From positions 79,220-143,219 of IMG/VR virus record IMGVR_UViG_3300038829_000263: 64,000 bases of DNA. The stretch is one strand, 5' to 3'. Position numbers and translations under genes: made by a program. Of the stretch, positions 55,476 through 63,794 are shown piece by piece; the first letter of the stretch is position 1; the number at the start of each line of letters is the position of its first letter. Origin of the DNA: a virus. Under the pieces are notes generated by a model. That model was not told where the DNA came from and ran no database searches. It saw nothing but the letters and a program-made list of their open reading frames with translations.

Positions 55476-56882
55476 ATGCGGTGGATGTGGCTGGTCGCGC
55501 TCCTGGCGGGTTGCGCCTGCGAGCGAGAGCACAGGTTCGTCGTCCCTCCTGCGACGTCCGAGCCCTGGGACCGTACCTTCCTCGTGGGCCTCGATCCCAA
55601 CTCCGTCACGACGGCCGCCCTGGCGTCGCACGTGCGCGCGGCCCAGGCCAGCCACGACACCTACCAGGAGGTGCTCGGGCAGACGTGGCAGGCCACGAGG
55701 ACGATCCCGGCGCCCGACTCGCCGGCCCAGGCCCTCCCCGCCCTGCCCGATCGCTACGGGAGCGGCGGGGACACGCTCCTGTTCACGGGCTTCTCCGTCG
55801 CGGCCTCGGCCTTCCACTACGGCGTGGGCCAGCCGGACGTGGAGAGCCAGCACGACCTGGAGCAGCGCCTCAAGCGCCAGCTCGGCGGCCTGCACCTGTT
55901 GACCAACTGCACGGGCACGCCCGGCGTCCTGGCGCGCTGCGCCGCGCCGGCGGCCGAGGCAGGGCGCTTCGCGAGCCGGCAGAGCGGCGACTTCACGGGG
56001 CGGAGCCCGGCCGGCCTGTTCGACCCCTGGGGCGCGCCCTACCCGGAGGTCATCTACTACACGCGCGCGACGAAGGACCAGCTCACGGGACTAGTTCTGG
56101 GCCTGGCTGCGACGCTCGAGTTCGGGTCCCCGTCCTTGCGCGACGCGGCCGCCCAGATCGGCGTGGACGTGTTCATGCATCTGGAGCGGCACGCCTGGAG
56201 GATCCGCGACCACGAGGGGAAGAACGACACGAGCGCCGACGATGTGGACGACATGCTCAAGGCGGCCGTGCTCGCGATGGCCTGGCGCGCCCACGTGCGC
56301 CTTGCGCGCCCGCGGGCCCCGGAGATCGAGGCGCTCTACCGCCAGGAGCTCGAGCAGTTCACGCAGCGCGCGTGGATCCTCTCCCAGGGGGACCGCTTCA
56401 ACAACTTTCAGCAGTACTACGGCTTCTCGCTGCGCTCCGCGCGCGCCCTGACCATCTGGCTCCTCGACCCCGCGGCGCGGGAGGACATGGCGGCCTGGCA
56501 CGCGGCGTTCGTGTGGCGCTTCACGCGCTTTCACTCGAACGCCTGGCACGCGGCGGTGCGGGCCGTCATGGTCGACGACCCGGACGCGCGCCTCCAGGCC
56601 GTGCTCGCGCTCAAGGACGCCTCGCTGCGGCCATCGCGGAACTTCTCATCCCCGTTCCACGGGCAGGAGGAGGGTCCGGGGTTCTTCTGCGCGGCCTTCA
56701 ACGACACGGAGGCGTTCGTCGTATCCCCGCGCCTGCGCGAACCCGCGGGCTACTGGACGTGGCAGCACGCCCCTTGGTCCGTGGGGCATGGGCCGCCCGA
56801 CCACCAGGGCCCGCAGGAGGTCTCGGGCCTGGACCTGGTCCTGCCCTACTGGCTCCTGCGCGTGCGGGGTGGCATCCCGTGA
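55476..56882 (+). CDS. Lipoprotein, probable helical-barrel enzyme
   Basis: Signal peptide MRWMWLVALLAG|C; GDT..FTG, TKDQLTG, SGLDLVLPYW. Confidence 0.7.
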   Translation: MRWMWLVALLAGCACEREHRFVVPPATSEPWDRTFLVGLDPNSVTTAALASHVRAAQASHDTYQEVLGQTWQATRTIPAPDSPAQALPALPDRYGSGGDTLLFTGFSVAASAFHYGVGQPDVESQHDLEQRLKRQLGGLHLLTNCTGTPGVLARCAAPAAEAGRFASRQSGDFTGRSPAGLFDPWGAPYPEVIYYTRATKDQLTGLVLGLAATLEFGSPSLRDAAAQIGVDVFMHLERHAWRIRDHEGKNDTSADDVDDMLKAAVLAMAWRAHVRLARPRAPEIEALYRQELEQFTQRAWILSQGDRFNNFQQYYGFSLRSARALTIWLLDPAAREDMAAWHAAFVWRFTRFHSNAWHAAVRAVMVDDPDARLQAVLALKDASLRPSRNFSSPFHGQEEGPGFFCAAFNDTEAFVVSPRLREPAGYWTWQHAPWSVGHGPPDHQGPQEVSGLDLVLPYWLLRVRGGIP

Positions 56883-57259
56883 CGGCCATTCGCTGGCGGG
56901 ATGTGGACGCTGCTCTGCGGTGGCGCCTGCGCCAGGGGACCCTGCTCAACGGCTGCGGGGCGAAGGGGCACTGGCTCGACCCGCCGGACTGGCTGTTCAC
57001 GGCCTCGTGCGATCACCACGACTTCAATTACCTCCTGGGCGGAACGGAGGCCGATCGCGCGAAGGCCGACGGGCAGTTCTACTCGGCCATGCTCGAGGAC
57101 GCGGCGAAGGCCCCCTGGTGGAAGCGCGCCTGGTACCGCGCGATGGCCTGGACCTACTACCGCGCCGTGCGCCGCTGGGGCGCGAAGTTCTTCCACCCCG
57201 CGGCGGAGCCCAGGTCCCGCGAAGACCTGGAGGCCCTGCTGCGAGATGCTGGCGTGTGA
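56879..57259 (+). CDS. Phospholipase A2-like protein
   Basis: NGCG..FTASCDHHDFNY..RAKADGQF..YYRAVRRWG (His-Asp dyad). Confidence 0.7.
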   Translation: MTAIRWRDVDAALRWRLRQGTLLNGCGAKGHWLDPPDWLFTASCDHHDFNYLLGGTEADRAKADGQFYSAMLEDAAKAPWWKRAWYRAMAWTYYRAVRRWGAKFFHPAAEPRSREDLEALLRDAGV

Positions 57260-57280
57260 CGTGCGCTAGGATGCCCTGCG

Positions 57281-57949
57281 ATGACCGACTCGCCCCCGGC
57301 CCCGCCGCCTTCCCTCCTGCACCCTGACATTCCTGCCCTGCGCCTCTACCGCGGCGCCCTGTCGCTGGCCGACTGCCAGGACATCACGACCCGGTTCGAG
57401 CTGGATCCGCGGAAGGCGCCCGGACGCGCCGGGATCTACGGCACGGTGATGCCCCAGAAGCGGACGATCGACTTGCAGATCAGCGGGGACGACCCGACCT
57501 GGAAGGATGCGGACGACAAGATCGCGAGCGTCATCACGAAAACGATGCGCGCCTACATGGCGGACGTGCCTTGCTTCCGCGTGACGTTCATCAACGGCCT
57601 GACGCATCCCGACACGGGCTACCAGTTACAGCGTTACCTGCCGAATGGCCGCGATGGCTTCGACTGGCACGCGGATGCCGTGCCCCACCACACGCGCATC
57701 CTGGCGGCGATCGTCTACTTGAACGACGTCGAGAAGGGCGGGGAGACGGAGTTCGATTACCACGGCAAGTCGGTCGTCGTGAAGCCCGAGGCCGGCGCCG
57801 TCCTCTGGTTCCCCTGCAGCTTCGAGTACGTGCACCGCGGAAGGACCCCCGAGAGCGGGCCGAAGTACATCGCCACGACGTTCCTGGTCTACAACCGCGT
57901 CCCGCACCCGGAGACGCCTCCCCTCCCCGCGGCCGCCGCCGTGCAGTAG
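57281..57949 (+). CDS. 2OG-Fe(II) oxygenase (prolyl-hydroxylase-like)
   Basis: WHAD..YLNDVEKGGETEF..HRG..KY. Confidence 0.9.
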   Translation: MTDSPPAPPPSLLHPDIPALRLYRGALSLADCQDITTRFELDPRKAPGRAGIYGTVMPQKRTIDLQISGDDPTWKDADDKIASVITKTMRAYMADVPCFRVTFINGLTHPDTGYQLQRYLPNGRDGFDWHADAVPHHTRILAAIVYLNDVEKGGETEFDYHGKSVVVKPEAGAVLWFPCSFEYVHRGRTPESGPKYIATTFLVYNRVPHPETPPLPAAAAVQ

Positions 57950-57972
57950 GATCGAGGGCCGCGGAGGCGGAG

Positions 57973-58224
57973 ATGCGCAAGGCGGCCCTGGTCTTGATCC
58001 TCGTCCTGGCGGGGTGCCGCTGTGCCTCGCGGGACGACCTGCTCCGGCAGCTTCGCGACAACCTCGCGAACGACATAGGCCCCAAGTACAGGGCCTACAT
58101 CGACGCGGACCCGCGCCTTGACGAGAGGGCCAAGGACATCCGTTACGGCGTCGTCGAGAACTCCATCGAGGCGATCGACATGGTCCTCCCGCCCGAGACG
58201 GCCCCCGTGGAGAGCGCCCGGTGA
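57973..58224 (+). CDS. Small lipoprotein
   Basis: MRKAALVLILVLAG|C. Confidence 0.75.
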   Translation: MRKAALVLILVLAGCRCASRDDLLRQLRDNLANDIGPKYRAYIDADPRLDERAKDIRYGVVENSIEAIDMVLPPETAPVESAR

Positions 58225-58688
58225 AGCTGGCCGACGAGCTCCGCTCCGCCGCAGGCCCGGCGATCCGGCAAGCGTTCGATGACTCCGTCGACCAGTTCCT
58301 GGGCGCCATCGGCGGCCTCGTCCAGACGACGCACCACCCGAAGGTCGCGGGCCTCTACAAGAGCGCGGCCGACTACCGCTACCAGGCCCTCACGGCCGCG
58401 ACGCCCGAGGACGCGGCGCTCGCCCTCGACCTGTGCGGGTCGGCCGTGCGCAGCATCAAGACCCTGCTCATCGCTGAGCGCATCGTGGCCGAGGACAAGA
58501 TGGCGCAGGCGGTCGCCGACATCGCCTGGGCGATCCTGGACACCGCGGCCAAGGTCGCGAAGGGCGCGCTGCAGGCCGTCGTGGCCGGGGCCGTTCAGGG
58601 CCTCGTCACCGGACTCACGGGCGGCGCCGCGCCGGCCGTCGGTGGCGCAGCCAGCTCGATCATCGCGGAGGTGTTCCGTGGGAAGTAG
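58221..58688 (+). CDS. Hypothetical helical protein with hydrophobic Gly/Ala-rich C-terminus
   Basis: GTGA-coupled; codon bias. Confidence 0.7.
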   Translation: MKLADELRSAAGPAIRQAFDDSVDQFLGAIGGLVQTTHHPKVAGLYKSAADYRYQALTAATPEDAALALDLCGSAVRSIKTLLIAERIVAEDKMAQAVADIAWAILDTAAKVAKGALQAVVAGAVQGLVTGLTGGAAPAVGGAASSIIAEVFRGK

Positions 58689-59316
58689 GCTCGTTCTCCT
58701 GGCGCTGCTGCTCTGCACGGGTTGCCAGGCGGTCAAGGATCGTGCCTCGGAGTACCTGTCGGAGGTCGCCGTCGAGCAGATCACGCGCGCCGTGGATCGG
58801 AAGCTGGAGGACCGCGGCCTCAACGTCGCCATTCTGCGGGACCTCGCCGACACCGACAGGAGCGGCGGCGTCTCAGCCGGCGAGGTGACGGCGCTCGCGC
58901 GCTCGACCGTGATCGACCTCGTGGAGTTGAAGGCAGAGCAGGCAGGCGAGAAGGGCCGGGCCGACCTCGAGCAGAAGCTGGCGGCCCTGGCCGGCGCCAA
59001 GGACCTGGATGAGCTGCGCAGCATCGCGGCTGAGCAAGGCACGTTCGGCAAGGGCACGGCCATGTCGGTCGTGGGCCTGCTCATCGCGGGCCTCGTCAAC
59101 CGCATCTTCTCCGCGAACAAGCACGCCAAGACGCGCGAGGAGCTCGCGGTGGCGAAGACTGAGACCGACCAGCGGCTGGGGCGCCTGGAGCAGCTCGTGG
59201 GCATCGACCTGAACAGCGACGGCGTGATCGGCCCGGCGCTGGCCGCGCGCGTTGCCCCGCCGGTTCCTGGACCGGCCGCCCCGGCGCCTTTGGGCGGTGG
59301 AAGCGCACCGGCCTGA
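58678..59316 (+). CDS. Lipoprotein with EF-hand-like loops and a TM segment
   Basis: LLALLLCTG|C; DTDRSGGVSAGE; DLNSDGVIG; AMSVVGLLIAGLV. Confidence 0.7.
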   Translation: MGSRLVLLALLLCTGCQAVKDRASEYLSEVAVEQITRAVDRKLEDRGLNVAILRDLADTDRSGGVSAGEVTALARSTVIDLVELKAEQAGEKGRADLEQKLAALAGAKDLDELRSIAAEQGTFGKGTAMSVVGLLIAGLVNRIFSANKHAKTREELAVAKTETDQRLGRLEQLVGIDLNSDGVIGPALAARVAPPVPGPAAPAPLGGGSAPA

Positions 59317-59469
59317 AACGATAAACCTGGCGCAAGGCGCGGCCTTCGCGTCCTCTCCAGGGACGTGGAAGTCCCCCCGTTGAAACGGTCCGGGGCCGCG
59401 GGCGTACATGCCTGTGAGGGCGCCATCTGTCGCTGGGGCCCACAGATCGGCCATCCGCGCGTCGTGGAC

Positions 59470-59498
59470 TAGGCAAAGCGAGGAGGGCAGGGTAATAT
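59470..59498 (+). promoter_or_regulatory. Candidate promoter TAGGCA-N17-TAATAT for the replication operon
   Basis: Intergenic, 17-nt spacer. Confidence 0.45.
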
Positions 59499-59618
59499 CC
59501 CCAGCGTCGCGCGAGGGCGGCCGACCGGCCCCATCGCTGAAACGAACGACTGCAGGCGGCCGCAGGGCGCCCGCACGGGCTGGGGGGACGGCATGCCACG
59601 ACGGCAAGAGGGGACCTA

Positions 59619-60485
59619 GTGCACGCCTGGCTCGTCGTGCACGCGCCCCCGGCGCCCGGGGCCCCTGAACCGCTGACGACGCTCGTCTCGCCGGCGGAGC
59701 CCGGGGCGGCCGACATGGCCCTGGTGGCCATGGCCGGGCACATGGAGCCGGTCATCGGCGTCCGCCGGCACTTCCTGGACTACCCCGAGATGCCGCCTGA
59801 CCCCGTGGTGGGGGTCGAGATGGTCCGGGCCCGCTACCGCGACTGCGCGCGGTGCCATCTCTGCGCCTCGCGCAACAACATCGTCCACGTCCGGGGCAAC
59901 CTCTACTCGCCCGTTGTCGCGATCGGTGAGGGTCCAGGCCGGGACGAGGACATGCGCGGCATTCCCTTCGTCGGCCGGAGTGGCCGCCTCCAGGACGAGC
60001 TGTTCCGCGAGGCCGGCATCGACCCTGAGAAGGACATTGCTTGGCTGAACGCCGTCGGTTGCCGTCCCTGTGCTTCGCGCTTCACGGGCGACAGGCCGCC
60101 GACCCTCGTCGAGAAGATCGCGTGCTCGGAGCGGACGCTCATGCTGCTGCGGTCCCTGCGACCGCGCGTGGTGCTCTTGCTGGGCCAGGCGGCGACTACC
60201 ATGTTCTTCGCGGAGCCCCCACCGATCTATCGGTGGCTCGGTCCCCTCACGCCACCGGACGACCCGCGCGACTGGATCCTCGTCGCGCACATCCCGCACC
60301 CGGCCGGACTCCTGCGCGCGATCGGCGGCGAGCACTTCTACGGGAAGTACAAGACGGGCGTCCTGTTCTACCGGGCGCTCAAGGCAGCGCTCCCAGGGTG
60401 GCAGAAGGTCGCGCGCTGGCGCTTCGGCCTCCACTACCTGAACGGGACCGTGGCGGCCGCAGGTAAGGCGGAGGACGGCGCGTGA
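59619..60485 (+). CDS. udg: Uracil-DNA glycosylase family 4 (Fe-S)
   Basis: CARCHLC; IGEGPGRDED..GIPFVGRSG; NAVGCRP; HP. Confidence 0.92.
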   Translation: MHAWLVVHAPPAPGAPEPLTTLVSPAEPGAADMALVAMAGHMEPVIGVRRHFLDYPEMPPDPVVGVEMVRARYRDCARCHLCASRNNIVHVRGNLYSPVVAIGEGPGRDEDMRGIPFVGRSGRLQDELFREAGIDPEKDIAWLNAVGCRPCASRFTGDRPPTLVEKIACSERTLMLLRSLRPRVVLLLGQAATTMFFAEPPPIYRWLGPLTPPDDPRDWILVAHIPHPAGLLRAIGGEHFYGKYKTGVLFYRALKAALPGWQKVARWRFGLHYLNGTVAAAGKAEDGA

Positions 60486-60661
60486 AGTTCATCAAGGTGC
60501 GCAAGATCGGGGAGAAGAGGTTCGCGTTCCTGACGCCCAAGGGCGGCGAGACGCGGCTCCGCATTCACGCGGCCATGATCCCGCCCGAGAAAGTCGAGGA
60601 GGAGCTCGCGAAGCTCCGGCGCGAGAACCCGGAGTTCGAGTTCAAGGCGGTGGGGCGGTGA
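60482..60661 (+). CDS. Small hypothetical protein (59 aa)
   Basis: GGAGG RBS; GTGA overlaps at both ends. Confidence 0.7.
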   Translation: MKFIKVRKIGEKRFAFLTPKGGETRLRIHAAMIPPEKVEEELAKLRRENPEFEFKAVGR

Positions 60662-61149
60662 ACGAGCGCCTGGTCTCCGCCGGCCGCTACCTGGCGCAGG
60701 TCGTCGCCGCGCGCAATCTCTATCGCCTGCTCTACGAGGAGGCCCTGGCGAACGCGGGCGACGGGACCGAGGCGGCCCTGGAGAGCATGAGGCCCTACGC
60801 ACAGGTCGGCCGAGAGCTGCTCGTCTCGGCCACGACAGTCCGCCAGGACTTGGCCGTGCTCGAGCGCCTGCAGTGGGTGCGCGTCGAAGGTGTGCGCCTG
60901 CGCCTCCTGGGGCACCGGCGGGCCGGGTGCGTCTACCTCCTGGCGGACGAGGCCGCCGAGCGTCAGACCGGCCAGCGCATCCTCGTCTCGCGCGTCGTGC
61001 TGGAGGGTTTGTGGCGGCCGGCCGAAGCCCCGCCCATCCTCCCCTCCCAGGCTTTCCCGGCGCCAGGAACGCCGCTGGCGCCCGCGCCGACCCCGCGCGT
61101 CCTGGGCGGCGCCCTGCGAGAGTGGCGCGCGCGGGAGGGCGAGGCGTGA
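60658..61149 (+). CDS. Winged-helix protein (possible replication initiator)
   Basis: YAQVGRELLVSATTVRQDLAVLERLQWV; lies upstream of the loader and helicase. Confidence 0.65.
   Translation: MNERLVSAGRYLAQVVAARNLYRLLYEEALANAGDGTEAALESMRPYAQVGRELLVSATTVRQDLAVLERLQWVRVEGVRLRLLGHRRAGCVYLLADEAAERQTGQRILVSRVVLEGLWRPAEAPPILPSQAFPAPGTPLAPAPTPRVLGGALREWRAREGEA
61053..61070. repeat. Copy of dispersed palindrome (TTTCCCGGCGCCAGGAAC)
   Basis: 22-nt identity with 43563-43584. Confidence 0.8.
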
Positions 61150-61769
61150 GGCGTGTCCGCGACCGCGTCGTGCGACCCGAGGAGGACCCGGCGACCTGGG
61201 AGGACATGCTGCGGGAGACCTTCGTTCCTGACCGCTACGCCCGGGCCCAACTTGACCGCGTGCTGGACCCTGGCATGAGGGCCTGGCTCGGCCGCGCGCT
61301 CGACGCTGCCCCGGAGTGGCTGGCGCCGGGCTACGGCTTCTACATCCACGGGCCGGGCAACACGGGCAAGAGCAGCGTCGCGGGCCTGTTCCTGCGCGAG
61401 GCCCTGCTGCGCGCCGAGCGCGCCCTCTGGCTCCACGTGAGCGAGGCCCCCGGCGTCCGCTTCCGGTCGACGCCCCGGGCCGAGGCGATGTCCGAGGCCC
61501 TGAACAGGGCGGACCTCCTCGTGGTCGACGACCTGGGCGCCGAGAACTACAGGGTCGAGGGCGCCGGCGGCGGGGCCCTGGAGGAGGTCGTGCGCGCGGT
61601 CTACGGCCGCGACCGGACGCTGATCGTGACGAGCAACCTCCACTGGTCCGACCTGCCGGGCCGCTACCCGCCTCTCTTCGTATCGGCCCTCCGGCGAACG
61701 CTGACCCCCGTGGCCCTCGTGCGGGTCTGGCCCGAGGCGCCGGACCTCCCCCCGGAGCTGAGGCCGTAG
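61146..61769 (+). CDS. DnaC/IstB-like AAA+ helicase loader
   Basis: GPGNTGKS; LLVVDDLGAE; LIVTSN. Confidence 0.88.
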   Translation: MRRVRDRVVRPEEDPATWEDMLRETFVPDRYARAQLDRVLDPGMRAWLGRALDAAPEWLAPGYGFYIHGPGNTGKSSVAGLFLREALLRAERALWLHVSEAPGVRFRSTPRAEAMSEALNRADLLVVDDLGAENYRVEGAGGGALEEVVRAVYGRDRTLIVTSNLHWSDLPGRYPPLFVSALRRTLTPVALVRVWPEAPDLPPELRP

Positions 61770-62338
61770 TGGACAACAAGCACAGAATGCGCAAGTGCTC
61801 GCGTTGCGGCCGCCGTGCCCTGCATCGCTTGAACTCACGAAAGAACAGGCCGACGGGATGTGGCGTGCAGATTGCCCATGTCTGTATCAACTGCGTCCGT
61901 GCTGAACAGCGGCAGGCGAAGGCTGCATGGTGGGCGACGCTTGGACCTGTAGAACGGGCCTGGACCTACGTACAAAAGCGCGCGCGCACTGGCTACGCCA
62001 CTATAGCGGCCGAGTTCTGCGGCCCTGATGGCCTGGCGTCGTTCGCGGCGGCTATCGGTCCGTACCCTGTAGCGTTGGCAGAGGCAGGGGTGCGCATCAC
62101 AGTCGATCGCATCGATGGGACCAGAGGCTACGAACCGGGAAATGTCCAATGGGCGACGTACGCCGCCCAGGCGCGCAACCGGCGTGACAACGTCTATTTG
62201 GAGTACGAAGGGAGGAGGCGCCTGCTGGTCGAATGGGCCGTTGATACCGGCATTCCTTGCAACGTCCTGCATTACCGTCTGCGTGCAGGGTGGTCGGCGG
62301 AGCGCGTGCTCGCCCCGCGGGGAGGCCGCCATCGATAA
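61769..62338 (+). CDS. HNH homing endonuclease
   Basis: TVDRIDGTRGYEPGNVQWAT..QARNRR..LVEWA..RLRAGWS; relaxed codon bias. Confidence 0.88.
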   Translation: MDNKHRMRKCSRCGRRALHRLNSRKNRPTGCGVQIAHVCINCVRAEQRQAKAAWWATLGPVERAWTYVQKRARTGYATIAAEFCGPDGLASFAAAIGPYPVALAEAGVRITVDRIDGTRGYEPGNVQWATYAAQARNRRDNVYLEYEGRRRLLVEWAVDTGIPCNVLHYRLRAGWSAERVLAPRGGRHR

Positions 62339-63794
62339 CGAAGCGCTCTACATCAGCGCGCTCCTGACGGGCGGCCAGCCGACGCACCTCCGGCTCGTCA
62401 ACCGGGAGTGGCTCTCGGACGCCTGGAAGGCCGTTTACGACTTCGTGCAGGAGTTCATGCGGCGGGAGCACTGCCTGCCCTCCGGGCACACGGTCGTGCA
62501 GGCGTTCGCCGAGCGGCCGCCGATCGCCGGCATGGGCCTCCCGGCCGCGCCCGAGGGCCCGAGCTACTACGCCCAGGGCATCCGCGACAACGCGATGCGG
62601 ATGGCGATGGAGACGGGCTTCACGGAGAAGGTCGTCGCCCCGCTAGCGACCTTCCGTCCGACAGAGGCCCTCCGCGGCGCGCAACAGGTGGCGTCGGAGG
62701 TCGCCCGGGACTTCCGGGAGCACGACCAGGGCCTGATCCTGGCCGACCTGTCCCACGGCGTGCCCTTCCGCCTGCAGGACTACTACCGGCGGAAGAAGCT
62801 CCGCGACAAGGTCGGCCTCCCCTACCCCTGGCCCATGCTCACGGTCGCGACCGGCGGGTTCCGGGCGGCGGAGCTCATACTCTTGCTCGCCCGGCCGAAC
62901 GTGGGCAAGTCGTGGCTGATGATCGTCATCGCCGTCTACCTCTACCAGCTCGGCTTCCGCGTCCTGTTCATCTCGATGGAGACCCCGCCCCAGGGGGCGC
63001 TCCCGAAGGACCACCGGCATCGCGTCGTCGGGCAGCGCTGCATCAGGTGCTTCGAGGCCGGCGTGTCGCCGGAGGCCACGTGCCCGATGGCCTCCCTGCC
63101 GAACCAGCGCCTATCCGTCCGCTTCGACGCCGTGGCGGGCCGCCTCCCGGGCTGGCGCTTGCTCACGGGCCAGCTCACGCCCCTGGAAGAGGACAAGCTC
63201 ATCCGCTACTTCCGCGTGGCCGAGAACCCGGCGGCCGCGGGTTGGGGCGACATGCGGATCGTCGCGGCCCCGGCGGTCTCCACCTTGGAGGACGTGGAGG
63301 CCGAGTGCGCGGAGTACCGGCCCGACATCGTGCTCTGGGACTCCGCCTACCTCGCCGTCGAGGGCAAGGGCCGCGACGTGAAGGACCCTTACGGAGACCT
63401 GCTCAAGGGCTACAAGCGGCTCCTCGAGCGCATGGCCATCCCCGGCGTGGCCTCCTGGCACTTCAACCGGGACGTGGACGAGAACGCGGAGTACGCGTCT
63501 ATGAACGACGCGGCCCTGACCGACGAAGTCGCGCGCGTGGGCGACGGCCTGATCGGCGCCTTCCGCCCGCCGCACCTGGAGCGGGCGAACGAGGCCGTGC
63601 TACGCACGCTCAAGGTCCGCGATGGCATCGCCCTGCGCGGCCTGCGCATCCGGTTCTCCGTGCGCGACGCGATGGACTTCACCGAGTTGGGAGAGGGCCA
63701 GGAGCGGCCGCCGGAGACGCGCAAGCTGGGCGAGAGGAAGCCGGCCCCTGCGCCGGCGCCAGCCCCGTCGGCGGCCAAGCAGGGGGCAGCATGA
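62331..63794 (+). CDS. dnaB: DnaB-like SF4 replicative helicase (apparent ATC start)
   Basis: GLPYPW..L..ATGG; LARPNVGKS; LFISME; IVLWDSAYL; HFNR; KVRDG. Confidence 0.9.
   Translation: MDNEALYISALLTGGQPTHLRLVNREWLSDAWKAVYDFVQEFMRREHCLPSGHTVVQAFAERPPIAGMGLPAAPEGPSYYAQGIRDNAMRMAMETGFTEKVVAPLATFRPTEALRGAQQVASEVARDFREHDQGLILADLSHGVPFRLQDYYRRKKLRDKVGLPYPWPMLTVATGGFRAAELILLLARPNVGKSWLMIVIAVYLYQLGFRVLFISMETPPQGALPKDHRHRVVGQRCIRCFEAGVSPEATCPMASLPNQRLSVRFDAVAGRLPGWRLLTGQLTPLEEDKLIRYFRVAENPAAAGWGDMRIVAAPAVSTLEDVEAECAEYRPDIVLWDSAYLAVEGKGRDVKDPYGDLLKGYKRLLERMAIPGVASWHFNRDVDENAEYASMNDAALTDEVARVGDGLIGAFRPPHLERANEAVLRTLKVRDGIALRGLRIRFSVRDAMDFTELGEGQERPPETRKLGERKPAPAPAPAPSAAKQGAA

Noticed and set aside
62975-63115. 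Intein in DnaB
   Set aside because: The insert is only ~40 aa and lacks the Cys/Ser start and His-Asn end
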